A DNA stretch of 43,045 nt from Candidatus Roizmanbacteria bacterium RIFCSPHIGHO2_02_FULL_40_13b (GTDB lineage Bacteria > Patescibacteriota > Microgenomatia > UBA1406 > HO2-37-13b). The stretch spans positions 1 to 43,045 of the forward strand of contig MFZQ01000010.1 of NCBI GenBank assembly GCA_001789445.1, in the 5' to 3' direction. The position numbers and the translations under genes were made by a program. Positions 1-8,704 of this stretch are shown here, one piece after another (within the stretch, counting starts at the first letter, position 1; every line of letters begins with the position of its first letter). Below the pieces are notes generated by a model. The model searched no databases, was not told where the DNA came from, and saw nothing but the letters and a program-made list of their open reading frames with translations.

Positions 1-2
1 CA

Positions 3-224
3 ACAGGATTGTATATTTTTGATAAACGATGTTTTGAAATTATTGAAACCATTAAACCGTCATCTCGGGGCGAACTTGAGGTTGTGGATATTCAAAACTT
101 TTACGCTAATGAGGGGTCGCTCGTTTGGCATGAAATCGATGGATTTTGGCAAGATGCAGGCACATTTGACACACTTCTTTCGGCAAATCTGTACTGGGCC
201 CGCAAAGCTGGTGTGAAAATATGA
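3..224 (+). CDS. C-terminal part of a sugar-phosphate nucleotidyltransferase (glucose-1-phosphate thymidylyltransferase/SpsI-like), truncated by the window edge
   Basis: Frame is open from position 3: TGLYIFD...PSSRGELEVVD...WQDAGTFDTL matches the RmlA/SpsI C-terminal motifs (PSxRGELEI, WxDAGT). Confidence 0.85.
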   Translation, partial: TGLYIFDKRCFEIIETIKPSSRGELEVVDIQNFYANEGSLVWHEIDGFWQDAGTFDTLLSANLYWARKAGVKI

Positions 225-994
225 AAAAACCTCTTTTTACTTCACTTTTGTTTGTTTTCTCCGTGCTATTTTTCACACTAAATATGTCTGTACTTGCACA
301 ATCTAATTCAAATACACCCCATTTCGATTTCGATCCCAATATCGTGAAAAACATTGTGTGTGCAATATTTAATTGCAATAGTGGAGGGATAACACCTACT
401 CCAAACCCAAATCCAACAAATGCACCGTATCCAACCGCACAGCCATTCCCCACAACAAATCCTGCAATAACACCTCCTGCAGGCACCTGTATGCCACCAG
501 GCGGTCCCTATTCGTGCGGAACCCGCAATCATCCAATAAATGGATGTGGTCACTGTGGCATTGGGTATCCACGAGCATCTTATTGTAAAGCTGACGATAC
601 TGCACGAAATGCCGGAGGAAATGCAGAGGCAATAGATATCACACATAAACCACTTGCCAGTGTGCCCTTACCGTTTATAAAAGGTCATAGCGTTATTTGG
701 CACCACGATTTAGATACATTCTTTAGTGATAATTCTGACCCCTATGCATCATATCAAGAATATTCGGGAACTGACACTGTTACCAGAAAAAAGTATATTA
801 TTAGATATTTGCATACACAACACAGATCAGGAATTCCATTAGGTACAAATGCAAATTCAGGAGTTGAAGGAGTAAAGGTTTGTCTACAATGGGTTCGCAA
901 TGGTGCAGTTACACAAGGAAACCATATTCATATACAAATCTATGATGGACAAATCAAAAAATGGGTTGAAGCAACGGACTATTATTGTAACTAA
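221..994 (+). CDS. Secreted protein with Pro/Thr linker, Cys-rich segment and degenerate M23/LytM-like C-terminal domain
   Basis: Hydrophobic N-terminal signal; PTPNPNPT linker; AIDI, IRYLH and GNHIHIQ resemble the M23 motifs GVD, YAH and GPHLH. Confidence 0.55.
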   Translation: MKKPLFTSLLFVFSVLFFTLNMSVLAQSNSNTPHFDFDPNIVKNIVCAIFNCNSGGITPTPNPNPTNAPYPTAQPFPTTNPAITPPAGTCMPPGGPYSCGTRNHPINGCGHCGIGYPRASYCKADDTARNAGGNAEAIDITHKPLASVPLPFIKGHSVIWHHDLDTFFSDNSDPYASYQEYSGTDTVTRKKYIIRYLHTQHRSGIPLGTNANSGVEGVKVCLQWVRNGAVTQGNHIHIQIYDGQIKKWVEATDYYCN

Positions 995-1027
995 TGTCAT
1001 CCCGAATTTATTTCGGGATCTAAATAT

Positions 1028-1570
1028 ATGATTGATCGAAATAAACTAATTATCGGAGGTATCGGAGTCGCAATTCTTTTCTTTATCTTCTTTTTCGTTC
1101 TCATGTCTGCATTTTTTCCAGGAAAGAAGACTGATAATACAAACGTTGAGCCTACACAACCAGTTAATGTGATAGCACCAACATCCTCAAATATTAATGA
1201 ACCAACTTCGTCAGTTTCCACAGAAATTGTACCCACAGAACTCCCTGCTAAAGACGGCGTACAACTTATCACAATTAATCCACCAGATGGAGCACGGGAA
1301 GTAGATACTATTGAACAAATTTTCATGACATTTTCAAGTCCAATGAATGAAGGTCGTTTTTACTTTTCAGTCAACCCAAAAACTCCAACATTTATTCATA
1401 CCGAAGGAAATAAAGTGATTATCACTCCAGAAAATACATGGAAAGTTGGTAAAAATATCATTTCAGTATTTGGTATCTCTGAATCAAATTCTGGCACTCG
1501 GCTTTCAACACCGTTTGAATATAGTTTTGAAGTCGTTCCCTTACCAACTCCAGAATCTGGCATAGAATAA
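1028..1570 (+). CDS. Membrane-anchored protein with bacterial Ig-like (Big_5/SbsA-like) domain
   Basis: N-terminal TM helix, P/T/S-rich linker, then INPPDGAREV...MTFSSPMN typical of Big_5. Confidence 0.65.
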   Translation: MIDRNKLIIGGIGVAILFFIFFFVLMSAFFPGKKTDNTNVEPTQPVNVIAPTSSNINEPTSSVSTEIVPTELPAKDGVQLITINPPDGAREVDTIEQIFMTFSSPMNEGRFYFSVNPKTPTFIHTEGNKVIITPENTWKVGKNIISVFGISESNSGTRLSTPFEYSFEVVPLPTPESGIE

Positions 1571-1576
1571 TGACGA

Positions 1577-1606
1577 TTGACACCCTCCTACTAATTACTC
1601 TACAAT
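1577..1606 (+). promoter_or_regulatory. Sigma70-type promoter upstream of the REP cluster and VirB6-like gene
   Basis: TTGACA (1577-1582), 18-nt spacer, TACAAT (1601-1606). Confidence 0.6.
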
Positions 1607-1620
1607 GAAATTAGTTACAC

Positions 1621-1772
1621 CGTCATCCCGAGCGCAGCGAGGGATCCTATAAAGGTGTCATTCCCACGAAGGTGGGAATCTATACAGATAGATCCCCTGC
1701 CGGCCGGCAGGCAGGCCGATCAGGTCGGGGATGACAACAGAAGGGAGATCCTGAAACAAGTTCAGGATGACA
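1621..1772. repeat. Cluster of four YGTC-tagged REP-like palindromes (two forward, two reverse), one carrying a nested 20-bp palindrome
   Basis: CGTCATCCCGAGCGCAGCGAGGGATCC (1621-1647); TGTCATTCCCACGAAGGTGGGAATCTA (1656-1682); TAGATCC[insert]CCGATCAGGTCGGGGATGACA (1689-1736); GAGATCCTGAAACAAGTTCAGGATGACA (1745-1772). Confidence 0.9.
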
Positions 1773-1788
1773 GGAAATTATTTACCTT

Positions 1789-3531
1789 ATGTGGATCTAT
1801 CTTAAAGCAATTTTTGGCTCTTTATACCCAAAATTCGTCAAAATTACGGTTGTTTCCGCAGTGCTTTTCATTGTCATCATGGCTTTTATTCGGCTTGGAT
1901 TTACACCTAATAAGTCTACTCCAACAACAACAGAAATCATGGAAACGAAGCGTGAAATGCTTTATACCGTGTTTGATCGACCCGAGTACAAAACTAAACA
2001 GGGAAAACAGTTTGCCAAAGTACAAAAAGGAGTCTATTGTGGGTTATTTGGAGAATTTTGTAATGATGATCCAAAAAACATACGTAATGATTTTTCGAAG
2101 AGTTTATTTGGATATATTGGGAATATTATGATCATTCCTTTGGCCAACCCCCCTGCTTCAGGAATCGCATATATACAAGAGTCTATACAAGAAGCAGGAT
2201 TTACGCCAAAAGCAATAGCTGCAGAAGGAATAGGATTTGCCAGTATAAGACCCTTCTTGGCTATCTGGAAAGCATTCCGCAATATGGCCTATCTAATTCT
2301 CGTTATTGCCATAATCGTTATCGGGTTTATGATCATGTTTCAATTTAAGATTGATCCGCACAGTATTATTTCAATTGAAAATGCGCTTCCCCGCATTGTC
2401 GCCACACTCCTTGTTATCACATTTTCTTATGCCATAGCCGGACTTCTCATCGATGCAACATATTTAATAATATTATTTGTTTTTCAGATATTTTCGTCAA
2501 CAGGACTTGCAATATTTCGAAATAGTGACTTACAAAGTACATATCTAACAGGAAACATATTATCACTTGTTGGTTCCGGTGATAATGTGGTTGGCACCAA
2601 CATTGGTTTTACCGGTATATATTTGAATGCATTGATAAATATATTTAGCTTAATACCTTTTTGGTTAAAAAACGTGCTCATTTATGTAATGACTGTTATT
2701 ACAATACTTTTAAGTACTCGGTTTGGAATTGGATTAATCCCTTTAATTACGAGCTTAATGGGAAATACGGCAGTTGCAGGAGAAGTACAATTAGTAATTG
2801 GAGGGTCTATAGAAGCAAAAATTGGTAATATACTAGGAAGTGTATTTTCCATGGGTCTAGGATTATTACTAGGCATCATTGTAGTTTTTCTTGGTTTAAT
2901 TTTATTCGCAATAGTTGGTATATTATTTCTCTATTTCAGAATTGTTTTTTTACTCATCGGCGCATATGTTCAAATTATTATCCGAATAATGTTTGCCCCA
3001 ATTTTGCTCATGCGTGAAATAATTCCCGGGCAAAAAAGTTTTGCTTACTGGTTAAAAGTAATTTTCGGACATCTGATGGTTTTCCCAACGGTAATCGCAC
3101 TTTTACTGGTTGTTCAATTAATCCAGAATGTAGGTTTTGATCCAAGATGTACGGGATTTAGTTCTTATCTTCCAGGTTATTGCAAGACTCATTTTTCATT
3201 ACCATTACTGTACGGATTTAATACTAGTGCTTTAGCAATGATTATTAGCGGCGCATTTCTTTTTGCAATTCCCGATCTGACTCGTAAAGTCGTGAAGTCG
3301 ATTGCCGGAGAATCATCTATTCCAGTAGGTCCAGGCATATTGTTCGGAGGTGCAGCCGCACTTACTGGCACAGCAATTGGAAGCATATCTCAATTAGATT
3401 CACTTAATCGGGCTATAACAGGTAAAAGTGGACTTGGTGGCGGGTTTGGCAATATAGGAAGAATATTAACTGGTAAAGCTAAAAGTACTCCTAAAGCTTC
3501 AACTGATGGAGACGGAGGAGAAGATGGTTGA
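1789..3531 (+). CDS. Polytopic membrane protein, VirB6/TrbL-like (CPR type)
   Basis: IWKAFRNMAYLILVIAIIVIGFMIMF...ALPRIVATLLVITFSYAIAGLLID pattern, many TM helices, Gly/Ala-rich C-terminal tail. Confidence 0.6.
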   Translation: MWIYLKAIFGSLYPKFVKITVVSAVLFIVIMAFIRLGFTPNKSTPTTTEIMETKREMLYTVFDRPEYKTKQGKQFAKVQKGVYCGLFGEFCNDDPKNIRNDFSKSLFGYIGNIMIIPLANPPASGIAYIQESIQEAGFTPKAIAAEGIGFASIRPFLAIWKAFRNMAYLILVIAIIVIGFMIMFQFKIDPHSIISIENALPRIVATLLVITFSYAIAGLLIDATYLIILFVFQIFSSTGLAIFRNSDLQSTYLTGNILSLVGSGDNVVGTNIGFTGIYLNALINIFSLIPFWLKNVLIYVMTVITILLSTRFGIGLIPLITSLMGNTAVAGEVQLVIGGSIEAKIGNILGSVFSMGLGLLLGIIVVFLGLILFAIVGILFLYFRIVFLLIGAYVQIIIRIMFAPILLMREIIPGQKSFAYWLKVIFGHLMVFPTVIALLLVVQLIQNVGFDPRCTGFSSYLPGYCKTHFSLPLLYGFNTSALAMIISGAFLFAIPDLTRKVVKSIAGESSIPVGPGILFGGAAALTGTAIGSISQLDSLNRAITGKSGLGGGFGNIGRILTGKAKSTPKASTDGDGGEDG

Positions 3532-3569
3532 CATGGCGGAGAAGGTCATTAATAGAATCCTTCAGTATC

Positions 3570-4352
3570 TTATTTGAACCCTGGTAATCCCAATATATTT
3601 ACTCCAATTATTTGAAGTATCAGAACGGAAAATAAGATTAGTAGTAGACCGAATAAACACGATTTGATTTGCTCACGAGCTTTTTGGATTGTTTCTGGGT
3701 TTCCTTGTGAAGTCTGTATGGTTATTGAAGCGTAAATTATACAACCCAATGCAATTATTCCACCAAACCCTACTCCAGTACGTAGTAAAAATTCAGAAAT
3801 GAAAGTGGAAAAATCTGTTTTAATACACGCAAGTCCTGTCAAAATCCCCCCAGAATCTGCACACTTAATACAGTCATCTTTCTCAGGACTTTTTTCATCA
3901 TATTGATTACAAATTTCATTTAATTTTTTTATGTTAGCTCCCGTCTGGGGGTTTTTTGAACTACATACACACATATTTTTTACTATTCGACCGGTTTTAG
4001 GATCTTCTCTGTCTTCATATATTGGAAAACTACCAATGCACTGGGGAATAAGCTTAGCACTATATCCATCAATTGTTCCGTCAACAGCACCTATTATGCC
4101 ATTTCCTACGGAGTTAAATATTCGACCTAATATTGGAATATCAGCTATCTTGTCTTCTATTGGTTGCACTTTTTCTCGAAAAGTTGGGGGTCTACAACAT
4201 TGATCAATACCTTTAAAATCAGCGATTCCACATGAATGTTTCAAAACTTCAGGGAGTTCGATTGTGGGAGTTGGAGTTACTGCATAAACAGAAATATTTA
4301 CACTTAGAAGATAAAATAATGTAGCAATTGCGAAAATAATACGTAGTCTCAT
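3570..4352 (-). CDS. Pilin-like protein: signal peptide, Cys-rich domain and C-terminal VirB2/TrbC-type pilin hairpin
   Basis: C-terminal GGIIALGCIIYAS...TSQGNPETIQKAREQIKSCLFGLLLILFSVLIL motif; TATAAT 6 nt before the ATG. Confidence 0.75.
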   Translation of the reverse strand: MRLRIIFAIATLFYLLSVNISVYAVTPTPTIELPEVLKHSCGIADFKGIDQCCRPPTFREKVQPIEDKIADIPILGRIFNSVGNGIIGAVDGTIDGYSAKLIPQCIGSFPIYEDREDPKTGRIVKNMCVCSSKNPQTGANIKKLNEICNQYDEKSPEKDDCIKCADSGGILTGLACIKTDFSTFISEFLLRTGVGFGGIIALGCIIYASITIQTSQGNPETIQKAREQIKSCLFGLLLILFSVLILQIIGVNILGLPGFK

Positions 4353-4398
4353 ATTTTGATTATATACCCCACAGTATTCAAATAGTAAGGGTATAAAG

Positions 4399-7300
4399 TT
4401 ATGTCACCTTTATATCCTCTGACCCTTTTTTAGCCGAAATCACCCCAAGCGCAATCAGGGCAAGAATGAATGCAGGTAAATAGTTATGTTTGAGTACTTC
4501 CCGCCAATCTGAATTACTCCATGATTTTAAGTCGCGATAGGTAAATGTATTGATATGATCTCGTACAAACATTTTTTTACCTTTTATCCCCCGACCAATT
4601 ATTGGAATTCTCTGTAATACTCGTCGCGTCAAATTATTGTCTACTTCAGTATATTTAACCCCAAGTCCTTTGGGAGGATCACGCTTGAGTTTTCCATCTC
4701 GATACAAATACTCCGCCCATCCAGCTTCTGTATCTTTATTCCATGACCATATTGGCTCTCCAGGATCAATAAATCGGCCCGATACCGATTTTTGTTTAAA
4801 ATTTGCCCAGTATCGTTGTGGTTGCAATTTCCACCATTTATTTGCATCATCATCATTCTTGAAAAACATATTAATGAGTTGTGCAGCGCGGAAATCTACC
4901 ATATAGGCAATTTCGCTATTGAGTTGTTTTTGAATGGGTTGTTTCAAAGAACCAATCCATTTGGCAAGCGGTTCATAACCGGCTTGTGGGCCTTTATCTC
5001 GAGCCGCCTTTGCTCCTTCTTTCATCACATGATATAGCTCCGTTGTTCTTGTATGAAGTGTCTCTGCACAATCAGCCGCTTGTTCTGCGTCTCGTTTTAC
5101 AATATCTGGCCCTGCCGCCGCAACATTAATAAATTTCATTGCTACCGAAGGTTGGGAGACTGAATGTCCAAACACATTTTCAGTTAATGCACTCGACCAC
5201 CAAGCGGCGCGGCTCTTAACCTTACCTTCCGTAACTTTTTTCTCGACCGCCTCAAAACGCTTTTTGTCTTTTGTCTCAAGTCCTGCGAGCGCTTTGTTCC
5301 TGCGAATATCATCCATATCAGGCGGCTTAACGATCTGTTTTTTTATCGTGGCATAAACTTCAACAGTATCTTGGATAAGCTTTTTTCTCTCCGCCTCATC
5401 CATATCTTTATCTTTGGCAAATCGCGTTTCTAGTATATCTCTTATATATTTCTCATCAACCATTACTCCCTTCCCTCCCATTACAGAGCTTTTCAGAGAA
5501 TCCAGATCACCATACAAATTTTTGTGAGGAGTGTCTTGGATTTTTTCCATTTGGGCGCTCGCATCAATGCGTAGTTTTTCCTGCACATAAATAAGATTTG
5601 CCAACGCTTTGTCTGCCCGTTCTTTTGCATCTTTTTCATGCCCACTTCCTCCTTCTTTTGCTAAAAAATCGCCTTGTACCTGTGAAAATAGCGTGACTCC
5701 ATATTCGGTCATTCTCTGTTTTTCCATGGTGATAAAATGTGCGGGGAGTTGTTCGAATGTCATCACTGTTGAAACATGGTTTAATATTTTTATAAGTCTG
5801 TCTTGTCGTGAGCCGATATAGACGTCTTTTGTTAAGATTTCTCCGATATATTTTCTCAATGCTTCTTTTGTTTGAAGATCAGGGTCAAGAAGTTGTCTTC
5901 CCATGTCATTAACCGTTCCACCCCCATCGGAAAAATATCGGTCAAAAAAGAAATCACCCAGACTTTGGACCGCTTCAACAAATTCCGGTGGATTTGTTTT
6001 GCCCGGCATATCTCCCGTTTTGTTGATTATGTACTGTTGCATGAAGTTTTCAACAATAGGAATACCAATATTTTCAACCCGTTTCCAAGAATTAACAAAC
6101 TTTAATCTATCTCCATCTGGCCCTTTGGGATCTATATCCAATTTATCTTCAGTATTTCCTTTAAATTCTGGCATGAGCCATGTATTGTATCCTTCCCGTA
6201 CGCGCCAACCCGTATTTGTTCCCCACCCTCCTACTTTTGTAATATTTCCCAAATCAATAAATTGCTTTTGCCCGTCCAAAAATGAATCAGCAAACCCCAT
6301 TCTGCCCATTGCAAATGAGTCGTTCCACCTAGCTCTTCCTATTTTGGTCCATTCTGTGCTGTCATATTTCACCTTAGTCATGTCGATTGTATATGGCAAC
6401 CACACTGCTTCAGCCAAATGTTTATCTTTCGAGATCGTATTCGTCATCTTGGCCGTTTCAAACATGTCAAAATATCCTCGCATATATCCAGAACCGGTGA
6501 GAGTGGAGGAACCATCATATTTTAAGTTTGGATCGGCCCATGAAACCATCTCATGAAATCCAAAATCGAGGCCGAAATACATGGTTCTACCCATGTGAAA
6601 CGCCCAGTTAATGGCCCATTCAGGAGTTTCTTCACCAAATTGTTCACGAAGTTCGTCTTTCACCCGCCGTTCGGCCGCTGGCATTGACTCCAAAAATCGC
6701 TCAAGCATTCGTGGATCTTTTTGCCAGCCATTTTCCAGGAAAAGTCGAGCGTAACTGGACTGAAACTTTTGCTTGGAAGCCTGTACAACATCGTTATACG
6801 GAAGTCTGAATGCGGTATCTATGCGATCTGCTGTGAAGTGTCCTTCGGCATACCCACCAATCTGTTTGAAAAATGATTCTGGTCCTTCGCGCCCTTCTTT
6901 TGGTCCAAGTGTGGTCAAAAGCTTGAAGTTATGGCCAAATTCTATTGTTCCTTGCCCTGTTTCAAGGACTTCTCGCAGATATTCCGCAAAGTCACTTATA
7001 TCAGTTTCGCCGAGTTCTGTTGCGGCAAGCACAGCCTCTTCAAGCTGACCGCTTTGATCATTGAGTACCACCGACTTTCTCTTTTCAAGTCGCCTGAATT
7101 GTTTTTCTTTGAGACTTTTTCGAACGTCTGGTTCAAGTGACATATCCGCAGATTTAATCTTTGATTGTTCTTTAAGCCCATTAAGCATGGTCGAAAATAC
7201 TTGTGCCGCGTTTTGTGGATTATCTTGAAAGTTTCCCGCATTTTGTGCTTGTTTCTCAAAGAATTCCCGTGGTTCTTCGTCTAGAATTGGGGAATAGATT

Positions 7301-8184
7301 GCCATGAGGGAGTTCATTACGAATTTTGTTGCTTCTTCAGACACCATTTCCCGCGCTTTATCTGCTGAAACTGCAACTTTTCCCTTTGCAACAGCCGCTT
7401 CATCTGGATTCATTAGTTTTCTAACTTCCTCTTGATAATGCCTAGCAAACTCTTCGGGGTCACGTATTGTATCAAACCACTCGAGGTCCTTCGTACTCAT
7501 TCGGTCCTCAAGTCTGGTTTTCAGAGTTGCTATATCTTCTTCTGATCGAGACGGCCGCCTTTGTCTTTCTTCCTTCTCTCTTGGTCGTTCTGGCGGCGGA
7601 ACATCTGCCTCTGCCATTTGGGTGAGTTTTTCTATGGCCTTTTCGGCTTCTTCAACATGCCATTTATCTTCTCTTCTTTGTCCAAGCTCAAGTCTTAATT
7701 TTGCATCCTTAACCTTGTTTATTAGCTTACTCGCGATTGCTTTACCTATTCGTTTATCAAGTCCAGTTCTATGTGCTACATATATTCCAATTTCAGCAAT
7801 TGCAGCATCTATCCCCAAAGCTCCCTCTGCAACACGTCCTAAAATTGGAACAATATCCTTGTAATGATTGTCTATGAAGTCTTCAACATGTAGGGCCTCA
7901 ATTGCTTCGCGTATTTTAGGAGGAAATTTTTTATCTACTTCCTCTATTGTTTCAGATTCGCCTCTCTCTGCCGCTTCCTCTTTAATTTTTTCAGTGATTT
8001 TTTGGATATTTTTTAGAACAGCCTTTGCGGCTTTTTTGTCTGGATCATCTTCGGGAACATCACGCCTTGCAAGCTTTGCGGCTGCTTGCTTTAGTAATTT
8101 CTTGAGCCACTCCCATAACTCAACCCCCTTTTTGTCTTTCGGAATAATTCCATTCTCTGGACTGGTTGTATCAGTTTCGACCAT
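4399..8184 (-). CDS. Very large (~1260 aa) charged, probably helical hypothetical protein with one C-terminal TM segment
   Basis: Long uninterrupted ORF; first ATG at 8184 (MVETD); only hydrophobic stretch is YLPAFILALIALGVISA near the C-terminus; no family recognised. Confidence 0.75.
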   Translation of the reverse strand: MVETDTTSPENGIIPKDKKGVELWEWLKKLLKQAAAKLARRDVPEDDPDKKAAKAVLKNIQKITEKIKEEAAERGESETIEEVDKKFPPKIREAIEALHVEDFIDNHYKDIVPILGRVAEGALGIDAAIAEIGIYVAHRTGLDKRIGKAIASKLINKVKDAKLRLELGQRREDKWHVEEAEKAIEKLTQMAEADVPPPERPREKEERQRRPSRSEEDIATLKTRLEDRMSTKDLEWFDTIRDPEEFARHYQEEVRKLMNPDEAAVAKGKVAVSADKAREMVSEEATKFVMNSLMAIYSPILDEEPREFFEKQAQNAGNFQDNPQNAAQVFSTMLNGLKEQSKIKSADMSLEPDVRKSLKEKQFRRLEKRKSVVLNDQSGQLEEAVLAATELGETDISDFAEYLREVLETGQGTIEFGHNFKLLTTLGPKEGREGPESFFKQIGGYAEGHFTADRIDTAFRLPYNDVVQASKQKFQSSYARLFLENGWQKDPRMLERFLESMPAAERRVKDELREQFGEETPEWAINWAFHMGRTMYFGLDFGFHEMVSWADPNLKYDGSSTLTGSGYMRGYFDMFETAKMTNTISKDKHLAEAVWLPYTIDMTKVKYDSTEWTKIGRARWNDSFAMGRMGFADSFLDGQKQFIDLGNITKVGGWGTNTGWRVREGYNTWLMPEFKGNTEDKLDIDPKGPDGDRLKFVNSWKRVENIGIPIVENFMQQYIINKTGDMPGKTNPPEFVEAVQSLGDFFFDRYFSDGGGTVNDMGRQLLDPDLQTKEALRKYIGEILTKDVYIGSRQDRLIKILNHVSTVMTFEQLPAHFITMEKQRMTEYGVTLFSQVQGDFLAKEGGSGHEKDAKERADKALANLIYVQEKLRIDASAQMEKIQDTPHKNLYGDLDSLKSSVMGGKGVMVDEKYIRDILETRFAKDKDMDEAERKKLIQDTVEVYATIKKQIVKPPDMDDIRRNKALAGLETKDKKRFEAVEKKVTEGKVKSRAAWWSSALTENVFGHSVSQPSVAMKFINVAAAGPDIVKRDAEQAADCAETLHTRTTELYHVMKEGAKAARDKGPQAGYEPLAKWIGSLKQPIQKQLNSEIAYMVDFRAAQLINMFFKNDDDANKWWKLQPQRYWANFKQKSVSGRFIDPGEPIWSWNKDTEAGWAEYLYRDGKLKRDPPKGLGVKYTEVDNNLTRRVLQRIPIIGRGIKGKKMFVRDHINTFTYRDLKSWSNSDWREVLKHNYLPAFILALIALGVISAKKGSEDIKVT

Positions 8185-8353
8185 AGGCACAAGAATGGAA
8201 CTGATAAGCAAAAAGGAGAGGGATGCGCGCCAGAGGCACTCGTTTTGAAGATATCCAATGCTGAGGATTACGTTTGATGTAATTCATCCTACAAACATTG
8301 TAATGTAATTGATTATAGCACACAAGCGCGGTGAATACTATAAGAAGAACTAT

Positions 8354-8414
8354 TGTCATTCCCGCGAAGGCGGGAATCTATTTGAATAGATCCCCGATCA
8401 GGTCGGGGATGACA
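8354..8414. repeat. REPIN-like inverted doublet of the TGTC-tagged palindrome
   Basis: TGTCATTCCCGCGAAGGCGGGAATCTA, 6-nt spacer, TAGATCCCCGATCAGGTCGGGGATGACA. Confidence 0.9.
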
Positions 8415-8485
8415 AGAAATGAGATTTCATATTCTTTTCATAATTGATTTATATAATCCCGCTTCAGTTATAAATTTATACTGTT

Positions 8486-8704
8486 ATGAAAGGAAATTTT
8501 GTGTACGACAGGTTGGGCGAGTCGGTCATTGATGGCCGGCGCGCGGCCGGAATGACCCAAGAAGACTTATGTGGTCTGACTAGAATTGATCGAACATTCT
8601 TGGGTAAAATCGAGAATGGAAAAGCAAACCCCTCATTCAAAACAATGATGAAGATTTCTCGAGCGCTTAAGGTTAAGATGAGTGTGTTATTCCAAGGAAT
8701 CTGA
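8486..8704 (+). CDS. XRE/Cro-C1 family helix-turn-helix regulator
   Basis: RRAAGMTQEDL...IENGKANPSFKTMMKISRAL, a classic HTH_3 pattern. Confidence 0.85.
   Translation: MKGNFVYDRLGESVIDGRRAAGMTQEDLCGLTRIDRTFLGKIENGKANPSFKTMMKISRALKVKMSVLFQGI

Noticed and set aside
1621-1772. CRISPR array
   Set aside because: Units differ in sequence and orientation, gaps are only 6-8 nt, and no cas genes are present; this fits REP-like palindromes
1655-2131. 158-aa ORF in the track
   Set aside because: Its N-terminus is translated repeat DNA and the rest overlaps the 580-aa gene out of frame
4637-8248. Multiple plus-strand ORFs antisense to the giant ORF, and similar antisense ORFs elsewhere
   Set aside because: They are Ser/Phe-rich shadow frames with no motifs, fully overlapping better-supported genes
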